From: Promethearchaeota archaeon
GTDB lineage: Archaea > Asgardarchaeota > Lokiarchaeia > Sigyniarchaeales > SOKP01
Assembly: GCA_030599585.1 (NCBI GenBank)
Contig: JAUVNS010000007.1
Coordinates: 64,001 to 128,000, forward strand
Length of the DNA: 64,000 nucleotides
Reading direction: 5' to 3'
The notes beneath the pieces are model-generated. The model saw only the letters and a program-made list of their open reading frames with translations. It ran no database searches and was not told where the DNA came from. Made by a program: the position numbers and the translations under genes. The first letter of the stretch is position 1. Each line of letters opens with the position of its first letter. Of the stretch, positions 1 to 10,699 are shown in pieces.

Positions 1-1426
1 ATAATGGAACATCTGCTTTCTCAATATCTATTATCCTCCCTTTTAGCATTCCTATTTCTTCTTCCAACTCCTTTACTCGAACTTTTAAGAAAGCAATCTG
101 GTCTAAGTATTCTGCGGAAGTCTTAGGTGCCGTAATTTCTTCAAAAATAGTTTTTCCCGTTTCTAATTCGTTAGCAGATTTCGCTCCTAAGATTTCTTGT
201 TTACGCTTCTGTAATTGTTCTACCGTATGCTCGGAAAGGTAATCTAGTGGATTAAAACCTACACCTCCGTGAGCAGTTGTCCTTTTGCGTATTTTTACAA
301 ACAGAGGTATGCCTTTAATAGCTTCACCGCATAGAATTGCTTCACCTTTATCTAACCCTTGAATATCTGTTTTGTTGCTCCGAGTTAGATCCTCTGCGCT
401 TGAAATCGTAACATCGATATCTCGAATATCGGTTAGGTTATGGACAACCCAACTACCAGCTTGTGCTCGTATAGTTGTGTCCAATAACTGGGGTCTTTGG
501 GTGCCGATGATTAAATTAGCGCCGAACTTACGCCCCTCTTGAGAGAATAATTTAACGATTTCACACGTCTCAGTTTGCTTTTTTCCAGCAAATAAATGAG
601 CTTCGTCAAGCAGTAAGTAAAACGGAGCAATTCTTCGTCCCGTACTAGCTTGATATAATTTCTTCAAAAGCTTCCCGGCAATCATTTCTTGTACGTTTAA
701 ATCCATGCCTCTCATATTTACAATTGAACATAAATTTGGGGCAACAATATCGGTAGCATCTAGCGAAAACAAGTATTCTACATCGATGTCACCCCCCTTA
801 TTTACGCTTAAATCAGAATATTCTATAATTGTGTTAACAAATTCACTTTCTTCTTTAACTCCTTCAGCTTCTTCAGTTTCTCCTGCTTTTACTTTTAAAC
901 TACCATACTCACCGTGTCTGTCAAGGATTACGAGAGGAATACCTTTTTTCATAAACTCTTCACATAAAACACCCATTGTGTAGCTCTTTCCAGATCCTGA
1001 CTTTCCGGTAATAAAAATTCTCCCAAAGTTCTTAACTAATAAACTCACATCAAATTCATAACCAATTAATTTCCCAATAGAAACAGATTCTTCAGGGGGG
1101 TTGTTTATCCCTAATAGCGTGGTAATTTGTTCTTTGCTTGCCCGATAAACTTCCGCTCCTATATCGAACGGTCTTTTTGGCCTGTCTCCACACACCCGTA
1201 AATCTGCAAGCATTCCTTTTGTTTCACTCCACAGCGATTTAATATTTAACATATAAGTAGCTCTTTGACCTTCTTCGTCTTTTTCCCCATAGATAACAAA
1301 ATAAGAGTTCCTTTCTATTGTTGGATCAGAAAATTGAACTTGAACTGTGTGAGTAGTAGTTTTTCCAATTAGATTTCCTACTTTATCCTTCTTTACTTGC
1401 TTATCATAATTTTCTTCATCTGACAT
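1..1426 (-). CDS. HerA/FtsK-like (DUF87) P-loop ATPase with C-terminal coiled coil; runs off the left edge (partial)
   Basis: Not in the ORF track. Manual translation from ATG at 1426 gives MSDEENYDKQ..., Walker A ITGKSGSGKSYT, Walker B FYLLLDEAHLF and the HerA-type motif QEGRKFG...GTQRPQ. Confidence 0.85.
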   Translation of the reverse strand, partial: MSDEENYDKQVKKDKVGNLIGKTTTHTVQVQFSDPTIERNSYFVIYGEKDEEGQRATYMLNIKSLWSETKGMLADLRVCGDRPKRPFDIGAEVYRASKEQITTLLGINNPPEESVSIGKLIGYEFDVSLLVKNFGRIFITGKSGSGKSYTMGVLCEEFMKKGIPLVILDRHGEYGSLKVKAGETEEAEGVKEESEFVNTIIEYSDLSVNKGGDIDVEYLFSLDATDIVAPNLCSIVNMRGMDLNVQEMIAGKLLKKLYQASTGRRIAPFYLLLDEAHLFAGKKQTETCEIVKLFSQEGRKFGANLIIGTQRPQLLDTTIRAQAGSWVVHNLTDIRDIDVTISSAEDLTRSNKTDIQGLDKGEAILCGEAIKGIPLFVKIRKRTTAHGGVGFNPLDYLSEHTVEQLQKRKQEILGAKSANELETGKTIFEEITAPKTSAEYLDQIAFLKVRVKELEEEIGMLKGRIIDIEKADVPL

Positions 1427-1551
1427 AATAACTCACATTAATTTCGATTCTTTTTAGTATTATATGTAAATTCATATATATTAATTATTTCTACTTAACT
1501 TCACCAATTTAAAAAAGGTATTTAAACTTTCATGAAACCAATTGTTTTTCT

Positions 1552-2478
1552 TTATGTTTTACGATAAATAATGGATTTTTTTTCCATTCGTAAAGGTTTA
1601 TACGATTCTTTAGCTCTCCTTAGACCCGGAACACCTAAATCTTGCTCACGGTTGATATATAGCACATCTTTGAAGTTATTTTTTAAAAACAGATTGCTTA
1701 TTGCTTGGTAGGCTCCTTCATAATCCATATGAGCTTTTTCAACATGAATCACCATTGTATCTTTGTTTAGCATTTCCCCAAATGTGTACGCAGCGCATTT
1801 TTCGTTTACACATAATAACGCACCTTGAAAACCTAACGTAGAAAAGTTATCTAAAGCATCATAAATAGCTAGTTCTTCTTCTTTCAAACCCTCATCATCT
1901 TCACATTCTCTAAGAATACACCACTCTAATTGGAGCTCTTTGACCCGATTTACTTCACTTTCAGTTAAAGTCTTGAATTCATAATCGTAGGTTTCTAAAA
2001 ACTTGTTTAACCATCGTCTATTTTGACGATACCGATTTCCTGGTAAAGTTCTTAGGTTTTCTGTTTCATACACATAATCCCAATTATCTCTATCTTCCAA
2101 TATTTGTAGATTTAACGATTGATAATCTGCCTTGGTTTGAATAGCATTTGTTATTACTTCAGGAACTCTATGGAATTCCAAATCTTTAAGTTCTTTAAAT
2201 AGAGAAATGACGATTTCTGTAGGGTTAGGGCCTACTGGTGGAAAAAAATACAAAGAGTTTTTGTTTCCCGATGCGGGTTCTTTTTTTGTCTTGAAAATGT
2301 CTCGCGAAAAGAGTAGTAAGTGTTCTTTCCACTCCATAAAGTTAAAACCGTAAAAATTCCTCCACATATATAGGTTCGTAAAAGTAAATTCAGATGTTAC
2401 TGGAGGATATTTCTGAAAATATGAATTGAATAGTGCTCGATCAGTCAGATTAATTTCATTCGCAGAATCTAAATCCAT
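1552..2478 (-). CDS. DUF2156 / phosphatidylglycerol lysyltransferase C-terminal-like (aminoacyl-tRNA-dependent GNAT) protein
   Basis: Family motifs SEFTFTNLYMW, DYVYETENL, IHVEKA...YEGAYQ and INREQDLGVPGLRRAKESYKP. Confidence 0.8.
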   Translation of the reverse strand: MDLDSANEINLTDRALFNSYFQKYPPVTSEFTFTNLYMWRNFYGFNFMEWKEHLLLFSRDIFKTKKEPASGNKNSLYFFPPVGPNPTEIVISLFKELKDLEFHRVPEVITNAIQTKADYQSLNLQILEDRDNWDYVYETENLRTLPGNRYRQNRRWLNKFLETYDYEFKTLTESEVNRVKELQLEWCILRECEDDEGLKEEELAIYDALDNFSTLGFQGALLCVNEKCAAYTFGEMLNKDTMVIHVEKAHMDYEGAYQAISNLFLKNNFKDVLYINREQDLGVPGLRRAKESYKPLRMEKKSIIYRKT

Positions 2479-2601
2479 GAATATGAATAATTAGAATTTG
2501 TTAAATTTTTTACTATTTACACCTAAGATAGCAAATTTATAATTTTGGATGTAAAATTTTAAATACCAAATGCCTTTTTCTTTTGTAAGAGGAATTTTAG
2601 G

Positions 2602-3915
2602 ATGTGGGTTAAAGGGTTAAAAATACATCGGGCAACTTCGTGGTTAGTAACCTTATTAGCACTTATCACCATCCTTTTAGGTTACGCTGCTACACGGCGA
2701 TGGTTTCCTGATTATGACTTTGTACTTTTCCTCCATGGAGTAACAGGATGGATTTTCCCGGGATTACTCCTAGTCCACTTTATTTTTTCAATTATGTATT
2801 TAAAACTTAATCTTCGAAGGATATTCAAAGGATTAAAGAACGAAAGAACTTCAGGCACGAGCTCTTTGAGGTTGCTACAGCGAATTACTAAATGGGGCAT
2901 AATTATCCTTGCTATTCTAATAAGTCTATCTGGGTTAACTTATTACCCTTGGTTTTTTGCTATTTTTGGTAATTTTTTCGATTTTGCCTTTCATGTAGAT
3001 TTTGATATAATTCTTTCCTTACTCATGATTGTTCATGTTGGAATTGGGGCTAGTTTCTATTTTACCAGAAGAAAAATCAACCATTGGGGTGTTAATTTAT
3101 CTATTATTTCTCTTGTTTCCTTTTTATTATTTGCATCATTCGCAATAGATTTACCAGCCGGTTTTGCAGATCCTGGAGTTTATATTGGAGGAACTAAATA
3201 TGATTTTGATCCAAATGAGATTGAAAGCGTTCGGCCAGACCTTTTTCAAAATGGTTCCTTTTCCGTTTTTGATATTCTCGTTCATCTTAATTCAACAGGT
3301 GAAATAAGTTTAAATTCCCACTTCAATATTAGTATGGATACTTATGTAATTGACTCCTTAAATGGAAATACTGATTATTGGTGGTATCACATCTATTATA
3401 CTGGTGGTGATATAGAAAAAAATGTGGTTAGGATGGACCATTACCCATGGAAACTAGGAGCGATAATCAGACTATACCATGAAAGCGAATCGTATATTAG
3501 CGACGCTTATTCGCTTTTTAAAGAAGAAGTTGATCGCTTTATCTCTAACAACAACTCGATAATTATTCCTAAAATTACCATAACTGGAAATACGTTTAGC
3601 GTCGAATTCTATAATATTACAGTTACTCCGCATAATTTGAGAAATGAAACGTTCAAGATCGATGTAATTACAGCTATGGATGCCATTATGACTTTGGGAG
3701 ACTTAGGGTATATTACATACGAACTTACATATTACGTAAGTTTCAGGCGTGCTAGGTATGTCCACAGTTATTTTGTTAGCAAAATAAACACTGACGAAAC
3801 AGTCGGGAGATGTGGTTTTCTTTTCGATGTTAGTGATTCTTTTATCTGGTTATCCGCTGACGAAAGAATCATCACTTCTCCAGAATCCATTAATTTTTAC
3901 TGGGAATGTATATGA
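2602..3915 (+). CDS. Membrane protein with an N-terminal His-containing multi-TM domain (cytochrome b/DUF4405-like) and a soluble C-terminal domain
   Basis: About 5 hydrophobic helices with spaced His residues (IHR, LHG, VHF, FHV, VHV) in two similar halves, followed by a hydrophilic C-terminal region. Confidence 0.5.
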   Translation: MWVKGLKIHRATSWLVTLLALITILLGYAATRRWFPDYDFVLFLHGVTGWIFPGLLLVHFIFSIMYLKLNLRRIFKGLKNERTSGTSSLRLLQRITKWGIIILAILISLSGLTYYPWFFAIFGNFFDFAFHVDFDIILSLLMIVHVGIGASFYFTRRKINHWGVNLSIISLVSFLLFASFAIDLPAGFADPGVYIGGTKYDFDPNEIESVRPDLFQNGSFSVFDILVHLNSTGEISLNSHFNISMDTYVIDSLNGNTDYWWYHIYYTGGDIEKNVVRMDHYPWKLGAIIRLYHESESYISDAYSLFKEEVDRFISNNNSIIIPKITITGNTFSVEFYNITVTPHNLRNETFKIDVITAMDAIMTLGDLGYITYELTYYVSFRRARYVHSYFVSKINTDETVGRCGFLFDVSDSFIWLSADERIITSPESINFYWECI

Positions 3916-4020
3916 TAGTTACCTAATGAAAACGAAATACAAATAAATAGGTTGTTTGGGATCAGTAATCTTGCTTAGATAGGATGAATACTATTCATTA
4001 TTCTTATGAAGATATTATAT

Positions 4021-6324
4021 TTACCACATCTTCTTTTCTGATTTTGATCCACATTTTTTACAGAATACCCAATCATTATTCATAGGAGTACCACAGTAAG
4101 GGCATCTACTTATATTAGCGGCAAGGGGTTTCATATCAACAGCTTTTTCAACCCGAACAGGAGTCTTATACATTTCTCTTTCTTTTAGTATTTTATATCG
4201 CGCAACTTCGTCTTTAGGTAATTTTGCCTTATTAGCCTCGATTCTTTTTTTCACTATTACTCCGGTCACAATTATTGCTAAGATGATGATAGGAACCACT
4301 ATAGCTAATACAGTTGATATAGGAAAAGGATTGCACTCTAATTGAGTGCCTTGAATGTCTACACCATTGTTACTAAAATCATTATCTGAAATTATGTTAC
4401 ATCTAGAGTAGGATATGTAGATGCCAATATCATTGTAACTGATCACATTTTGTGTGATAGTGTTGCTATCGCTAGACATTAAACTTATTCCGTAAACATT
4501 TTGATAAACAGTGTTGTTTGATATGATGTTATTGGTACAATCCCAACCCAATTGTATCCCATAGGTATTGAAACTTACATTATTTTGTGATACCTTATTC
4601 CCTCGACTACTTGAAGAAAAGGATATCCCGTAATAATTATCACTTACATTATTTCCCGAAATGATGCTATCTCGAACGTAGGACACATAAATTCCATAAA
4701 AATTGTGGCTTGCCTCATTTTCTATAATCCGGCTCATATTATACATCGGATTATAAATATTGGCTATAAAAATGCCAAAGTTTGTGTTATTATTTGCTTT
4801 ATTACCTGAAAGAGCATTACCATGACCATATTGCGAATAAAATCCATTTGTATTGTTATTTACCGTATTCTTTGTAATATTATTAGAATTGCTTAAATAT
4901 AGATATATACCATTATTACGATTGTTATTTACGATGTTTTCAGAGATGTTGTTGTTATTACTATAATATAACGTTATTCCTGTCGAACAATTAGAAATTG
5001 TTAAATTAAATATTAATGAGTTATCACAACTCACCAAGAAAATTTGTCCTGCATTCGTAAAATTATCTGCCCCTAAATTATCTTTATCAACGTAATAATA
5101 CAAAGGTTTATCGTTCACTAAGTTAGACGTATTTATAATATGGGTGCCCATATCATCAAGTGAACCTTCGATTACTAGCCCACATCCAACCATCCTATTT
5201 CTCAAGAGGGTATGATTGGTACCAGATAGGTATATTCCGTAATAATTATTGCTTAGGTTGTTTCCAATAACAACATTATTACTACTATAATAATAATAAT
5301 AAGAATATTCGTAAAAATATATGCCACCGTCCTTATTGTTGTTTATAACATTTCTCGTAATATTGCTGTTACTGGTCCCGTAGAAATAAATTCCCTGCTC
5401 ATCATTATTATTTATGTGATTTCCGATAACTGTGAGATTGTCGCAATAATAGTTATATATGCCACGATAATTATAATTAATCTCGTTATCCTTAATGGTA
5501 TTATCATCACAATTAGAAAGATATATTCCCTCTCCCCCGTTATTTTTTATAGTGTTTCCTAGAATGATGCTATTATCACAATAATAGGTATATATCCCCA
5601 TATTATTGTTATAATTTGCGGTGTTTACCGAAATATTATTATAATTGCTGTAATAAAAATAAAATCCATAATATCTATTAGTACTTGCGTTGTTTCCTGA
5701 GATAGTATTATAATCACTATAAGATAAATAGAATCCGTAATTATTATTGCGTAAGCTATTTCCTGAGATAGTATTCTTATCGCCAGAATAAAGATATAAT
5801 CCCACATTTGCATTATAGCTAATATTGTTTCTTAGGATGGTATTATTATTGCTCGCATCTAAATATATTCCATAGTAATTAGAGGAACAATTGTTATCGA
5901 TCAATGTTCCATTATCAACATTATACAAACGGATTCCTGCATGTGGATAACTTAATTCTGAATTGGAAAGGGTACAATTTTCAATTCTAAAGTAAACATC
6001 TGAATTTTCAATCCAAATGCAGCTTCCCTGGCCTCCTGAATCTATTACTAAATCTTCTATTACATAAGGCTCAGAGTATGTACCATTCCCCGTACAGATT
6101 CCCACACTCTTGGCAGCAGTCCAATTATTATCGATATGAATTTTTTCTGACGATTTTGAAATTCTCAGACTTTCTTCGACTAAAAACATATTATCTTTAT
6201 ATTCCGAACTTTTCACGCTATATCCAATTTCTAAAGTAACGAAATAAGCAATAGTGGGGGCCAATACGAACCAAAGTCCTAAAACCACAAGAATTATTGT
6301 ATTTTTTCTGATATGCGATCTCAT
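4021..6324 (-). CDS. Surface protein with NosD/CASH parallel beta-helix repeats, C-terminal TM helix and cytoplasmic zinc ribbon
   Basis: N-terminal hydrophobic segment, many 'NNxxGIYLxxSxxNTI' repeats, a TM helix (STVLAIVVPIIILAIIVTGVIV) and a C-terminal CPYC...CKKC motif. Confidence 0.85.
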   Translation of the reverse strand: MRSHIRKNTIILVVLGLWFVLAPTIAYFVTLEIGYSVKSSEYKDNMFLVEESLRISKSSEKIHIDNNWTAAKSVGICTGNGTYSEPYVIEDLVIDSGGQGSCIWIENSDVYFRIENCTLSNSELSYPHAGIRLYNVDNGTLIDNNCSSNYYGIYLDASNNNTILRNNISYNANVGLYLYSGDKNTISGNSLRNNNYGFYLSYSDYNTISGNNASTNRYYGFYFYYSNYNNISVNTANYNNNMGIYTYYCDNSIILGNTIKNNGGEGIYLSNCDDNTIKDNEINYNYRGIYNYYCDNLTVIGNHINNNDEQGIYFYGTSNSNITRNVINNNKDGGIYFYEYSYYYYYSSNNVVIGNNLSNNYYGIYLSGTNHTLLRNRMVGCGLVIEGSLDDMGTHIINTSNLVNDKPLYYYVDKDNLGADNFTNAGQIFLVSCDNSLIFNLTISNCSTGITLYYSNNNNISENIVNNNRNNGIYLYLSNSNNITKNTVNNNTNGFYSQYGHGNALSGNKANNNTNFGIFIANIYNPMYNMSRIIENEASHNFYGIYVSYVRDSIISGNNVSDNYYGISFSSSSRGNKVSQNNVSFNTYGIQLGWDCTNNIISNNTVYQNVYGISLMSSDSNTITQNVISYNDIGIYISYSRCNIISDNDFSNNGVDIQGTQLECNPFPISTVLAIVVPIIILAIIVTGVIVKKRIEANKAKLPKDEVARYKILKEREMYKTPVRVEKAVDMKPLAANISRCPYCGTPMNNDWVFCKKCGSKSEKKMW

Positions 6325-6530
6325 TTTTTTTTCCTAAAATTGTATAAAAATATGACTGTTGAATCTATTTTATTTCAAAGTATATATATATGTATTTGAG
6401 CTTTTAATCGGTAAAAAAATCATTTTACCAGTAAAATTTTGTATGAGTTCTCTCTCTCTTTTCCTCTTAAATCCACTTAACTAAAAAAGAAATTTAAAAA
6501 GAAAAGAAAAAAATAATAATTTTTTAGAAT

Positions 6531-7532
6531 CTATAATTTTTTAACAATTACATCTGCCAATCGGTTAGAATATCCCATTTCATTATCGTACCAAGATACG
6601 ACAGAAATTAAATTACCGATTACTTTTGTCCATAAGGAACAATAAATTGAACTTGCAGGATTTCCTATAATATCACTACTTACTATAGGGTCATCTGTAT
6701 ACTCTAAAATTCCTTTTAGGTAAGTTTCAGAAGCAGCTTTCATTTTAGCGTTTATATCTTCAACTGTAGGTGGATTTTCTACTACCGCTTTTAAATCTAC
6801 GCAACTTCCGTCTGGAACAGGAACTCTCATAGCAATTCCGTCTATTTTCCCATTCAATTCAGGAAAAACAAGACCTATAGCTTTTGCTGCTCCTGTAGAT
6901 GTTGGAATAATGTTTTGTGCTGCCGCTCGACCTCTAATCATCTTAATTGGGGCTCCCGCTACAGCAGTATCAACAGTTTTTTGTGGACCTGTATAGCCAT
7001 GTATCGTAGTCATGATTCCTTTGTTAATTTTGTAGTTCTCGTGTAAAACTTTTACGATTGGCGCGAGACAGTTCGTTGTACAAGAAGCGTTTGAAACAAT
7101 TATATGTTCTTCAGTAAGCTTATCATCATTGCATCCTAGAACTACTGTAAAATCCGGATTAGTTGCAGGAGCACTAATCAGAACTTTTTTTGCTCCCGCA
7201 TCTAAATGTTTTTGAGCTCCTTCTCGTTTTATAAAAAATCCTGTGGATTCAACAACTACATCTATATTATTACTTGCATGTGGTAAATTCGCTGGATCTC
7301 TCTCTGCTGTTACTGGAATTCTTTTTCCGTCTACGATTAAAGCTTTATCTTCATATTCTACAGTTCCTGGCCATTTTCCTTGGACTGTATCGTATTTCAA
7401 TACATAAGCTAAATATTTTGGTTCAAAAAGATCGTTAATTGAAACAATCTCAATCCCAGGGTTGCCCCAAGCAGCTCTAAAGAATAATCGGCCGATTCTA
7501 CCAAATCCGTTAATTGCAACTCGTTTTGCCAT
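6531..7532 (-). CDS. gap: Class I (bacterial/eukaryotic-type) glyceraldehyde-3-phosphate dehydrogenase
   Basis: INGFGRIGR, catalytic SNASCTTNCLAP, NIIPTSTGAAKA, RVPVPDGS and SWYDNEMGYSNR. Confidence 0.95.
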   Translation of the reverse strand: MAKRVAINGFGRIGRLFFRAAWGNPGIEIVSINDLFEPKYLAYVLKYDTVQGKWPGTVEYEDKALIVDGKRIPVTAERDPANLPHASNNIDVVVESTGFFIKREGAQKHLDAGAKKVLISAPATNPDFTVVLGCNDDKLTEEHIIVSNASCTTNCLAPIVKVLHENYKINKGIMTTIHGYTGPQKTVDTAVAGAPIKMIRGRAAAQNIIPTSTGAAKAIGLVFPELNGKIDGIAMRVPVPDGSCVDLKAVVENPPTVEDINAKMKAASETYLKGILEYTDDPIVSSDIIGNPASSIYCSLWTKVIGNLISVVSWYDNEMGYSNRLADVIVKKL

Positions 7533-7788
7533 TTATTTTCACTTTTGTTATTAATTCGCGTTCTTTTTAATTAAAAATATAATTAATTATGTGTTCGCTA
7601 GTTTTTTAATTTTTTAGTTTTAGATTTCTTAACATCAAACTATATATTAGAATGGATTTAGAGATATTTTTATGGAAAATAAAGAAAAAATTGTGCTCCA
7701 AAAAATTGATGAAATGCACAACGAGATATTTCGCCAATTACATTGAAATGGGTAAGGAAGGTGGCCGATCTTATAAAATCAGGGCTAA

Positions 7789-8460
7789 TTATAATTTTTG
7801 CATTATACAAAAAACTGATTGAAAACTTTTAGGACTAGCTTTAACTATATCTATCTCGGTTTGATGTATATTCAACACCTCAAGAGCGGCCGGATCGTTA
7901 CTATACTTTTTATATAATTCCTTGACTCTAATCTCAAGTGGACTATAATATTCTTCCCACCAAGCTTCCTCTGGCAAAGAAAAGTGTTCAATCATTTTAT
8001 ATCCACAGCTAGCAACTTTATCGCGTTTTTTGAAAAAGTGTTTAATTTCGTCGTGAATTACCATGAAACCCTTAGGTTTAAGGATCCTATTCCATCCTCT
8101 TAGACTTTTTTCGACACCCAGACTTGTTATTGAACCTTCAGCCCAAATGATATCGAAACTATTGTCTGGAAATTTAATGTCTATCAGGGAGCATTTAATT
8201 GCCTTAACTCTATTAGTCAAGCCTTTTTGTTCAATTTTTCTACTTAATCTGTCCAAACTTTCTTGATCTATATCAATGCCTATTACTTCACCATCGCTTA
8301 ATTTTGCTAATTCTATGGTGGGAACTCCCGAACCACAACCAATGTCTAATATCCGGGGTTTTTCTAATTTTGGAAGTTTTCGAAAAGCTTTTATCGTATA
8401 CTTGTTAAAGACTTTTCTAAAGTGATCTAAATCAAGCTCAATTAACATTTCTTCAGACAT
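7789..8460 (-). CDS. Class I SAM-dependent methyltransferase
   Basis: ILDIGCGSG motif I, GIDID and FDIIWAEGS. Confidence 0.9.
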   Translation of the reverse strand: MSEEMLIELDLDHFRKVFNKYTIKAFRKLPKLEKPRILDIGCGSGVPTIELAKLSDGEVIGIDIDQESLDRLSRKIEQKGLTNRVKAIKCSLIDIKFPDNSFDIIWAEGSITSLGVEKSLRGWNRILKPKGFMVIHDEIKHFFKKRDKVASCGYKMIEHFSLPEEAWWEEYYSPLEIRVKELYKKYSNDPAALEVLNIHQTEIDIVKASPKSFQSVFCIMQKL

Positions 8461-8553
8461 GAGTTATCAATCCAATGCAATTATAAGTAAACTACTCATT
8501 TAAATGTCGTGGATAAAAGTTAGATTAAAATAAAAGTTTAAGATTGCACTTAA

Positions 8554-9015
8554 TCAAGATGTTTTACTGCTTAGTTTTTCTTTTAAATTAGTTAACGCAC
8601 CTGACCACGCTTTTTCAAAATAATCACGAGCTTTTTGCCATTCGGGATCGTCTCTCCAACCAGAGTGGAAGAGAAAGAGCGTAGTTTTTTTCGGATCAGC
8701 AGAATTAGAAGAAAAAACGACTACTACATGTGTCAGTGGATCACAGAAATTCATAAAAGATTGAAACATTTCTGGACCTTTCCATTCGAATGAAATAAAC
8801 TTATCAATTTCGATGCTTGTAATCTTACAACCTATTGTGCTATTAATTTCCCGATTCGGAGGGGTCCAAAATAGTTCGTATTTACCACCAACTTTTGGAT
8901 CAACCTCAGCTTTCTCAGGCAACCACGATTCTAATTTCTCGTTAATTGTGAAGAAATTGAATGCTTCATGAACACCACAATCTAATTCAATTTCAATCTG
9001 AATAATATTTTGCAT
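8554..9015 (-). CDS. SRPBCC/AHSA1-like (START fold) protein
   Basis: L.SW...AEVDPKVGGKYEL, ISFEW and a C-terminal helix (W..AL..LKE) typical of the AHSA1 family. Confidence 0.8.
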   Translation of the reverse strand: MQNIIQIEIELDCGVHEAFNFFTINEKLESWLPEKAEVDPKVGGKYELFWTPPNREINSTIGCKITSIEIDKFISFEWKGPEMFQSFMNFCDPLTHVVVVFSSNSADPKKTTLFLFHSGWRDDPEWQKARDYFEKAWSGALTNLKEKLSSKTS

Positions 9016-9069
9016 TATATTCGCTTTAAAGTAGATTAACTATTTAAAAGTAATTTAAATTTTAATATT

Positions 9070-9759
9070 TTAATAGATAAATGGTATTAGTTTTTTGCTT
9101 TTCTTTTTGTAATTAGTGAATTCTTCTCCAAAAGCCTCATAAAGAAGTCTTTCTTCCTCATCTATTCTCATTTTAAACACGATAAAATAGAAAATCGAAA
9201 CGAATAAAAGCGTGATAATACTTCTAAAAACTAAACCGAACCCAATAACAGCTATTAATGCCCCCGAATACATTGGATTGCGAATATGTTTGTAAACTCC
9301 TTCGGTATAAAGCTTATGGTCTTCTTCCGTTATTAATTCACCTGAACCGAACTTGCCAAGCTGTAGTCGTCCTACAATAACTAAGATACCTGCTGAAAGA
9401 TAAATGACAAATCCAATATAACTAACCACAAGATTATCCCAGAATGGTAGTATCGTTGAGATTAGTAGCTTATTTTCATAAAAAGCAGCAATTAATAAGA
9501 ATGGAGATAAGAAAAACATCAATAATATTAAGAAATCATATATTTTTGAAGGATTTCTCTCTTTCGTTAGAGGGCGTATCAATGAATCTGCAAGAGCAAT
9601 TACATAATTAGTTAGCAAATATAAAACATAAATGGGTGCTGAATAAATTTCTGGAACCAGGAGAATATAGAATATATTTGGATACGTAATCTGCAATATT
9701 AAAAATAGTAAGATTTTCTTGCCAATATCTTTCATTTTTATTATCTCCTCATAATGCAA
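9070..9759 (-). CDS. Isoprenylcysteine carboxyl methyltransferase (ICMT/PEMT) family membrane protein
   Basis: Multi-TM protein with HKLYTEGVYKHIRNPMYSG and RIDEEERLL...FGEEF.NY motifs. Confidence 0.85.
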   Translation of the reverse strand: MHYEEIIKMKDIGKKILLFLILQITYPNIFYILLVPEIYSAPIYVLYLLTNYVIALADSLIRPLTKERNPSKIYDFLILLMFFLSPFLLIAAFYENKLLISTILPFWDNLVVSYIGFVIYLSAGILVIVGRLQLGKFGSGELITEEDHKLYTEGVYKHIRNPMYSGALIAVIGFGLVFRSIITLLFVSIFYFIVFKMRIDEEERLLYEAFGEEFTNYKKKSKKLIPFIY

Positions 9760-9832
9760 TTGTAATTTGCTGATCTATATAGAGAAACTAAAGAATAAAA
9801 AATATGTTGAAAATAATAAAAATTACTAAAAA

Positions 9833-10609
9833 TTAGGTTTCTTCTTCTTCCTCTCTAAATTCCTTGCCTAGTAACCGCATAACGGAATCAGCAAGCTTAT
9901 TTTGGCTGCGACTCATGATTCCTTTAATCTTCCCCTCTTTTCCAAGAACACGTAGCATAATACCATTCCATACGGAGGAAGGATTGCCTTTAACTTTCAT
10001 GAATTGATCTCTGTGTATCTCAACACTAATATTGTCGTAGTTTTTGGAAGCGTCTGTGCATTTAAAACACAAAATACATTTATCTATGTCTACTGCTATG
10101 TCCTTTCCTTCACGCGACATTGCGTCTACAGCACATTCCTTAGTAAAAGCGTCAATTACTTTGGCATTTTTCTCAGAGCAATTAAATTTAATTGAACCGT
10201 GAACTACTTTGCGAACCTTGTGACCATTTTCTAAAGTGCGAACTTCTTCGTCAAATTCGGCAAGAGATCCATTTTCCACTAATAGGATCTTATTTTCCCC
10301 ATTGATTAGCAATTCTAAAGTATATCCCGGACATATCCACGTACAACTACCGCACCAGATACACTTTTCCGTGTCTACGACAATTTTCTTGTCGGATTCG
10401 ATTCTCATTTCCTCTGGTGTTCCGATAGCGGTTCGTTTTAATGGTTCGTCGTATATAGATATAGTAACAGGACAAACTCTATGACAAAATCCGCACTCAA
10501 CGCATTTACTTTCGTCGTATTTAAGGACACTTTCATGCGAGAGCATTTTATACATGTAATGAGTAATATTCTCGTCAATCTCGATTGTTTTCTTAGCTGG
10601 TAACGACAT
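9833..10609 (-). CDS. Multi-[4Fe-4S] ferredoxin-like protein
   Basis: CVECGFCHRVCP, CIWCGSCTWICP and a degenerate CILCFKC; last gene of the hdrA-mvhD-fdhB-like run. Confidence 0.85.
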   Translation of the reverse strand: MSLPAKKTIEIDENITHYMYKMLSHESVLKYDESKCVECGFCHRVCPVTISIYDEPLKRTAIGTPEEMRIESDKKIVVDTEKCIWCGSCTWICPGYTLELLINGENKILLVENGSLAEFDEEVRTLENGHKVRKVVHGSIKFNCSEKNAKVIDAFTKECAVDAMSREGKDIAVDIDKCILCFKCTDASKNYDNISVEIHRDQFMKVKGNPSSVWNGIMLRVLGKEGKIKGIMSRSQNKLADSVMRLLGKEFREEEEET

Positions 10610-10699
10610 AATCCTTCACTTTTATTTTTCTTTCTTTAATTAAAAATATTTTTTTGTATTTTTAAGAATTTATATCCAAACTTTTTGACCAAATTAGAA

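Noticed and set aside
705-983. Track ORF 705..983(+) and the other short ORFs antisense to or nested in long genes (e.g. 11055, 13571, 13904, 14240, 23070, 34687, 39321, 41131, 56616)
   Set aside because: They overlap well-supported genes on the other strand or frame and have no recognisable motifs. 13904, 14240 and 56616 lie opposite the recoded parts of selenoprotein genes.
7672-7755. Micro-ORF MENKEKIVLQKIDEMHNEIFRQLH ending in TGA, considered as a Sec read-through or gene relic
   Set aside because: A TAA follows two codons later, and there is no Cys-motif context or SECIS. It may be an N-terminal gene remnant but is too short to support.
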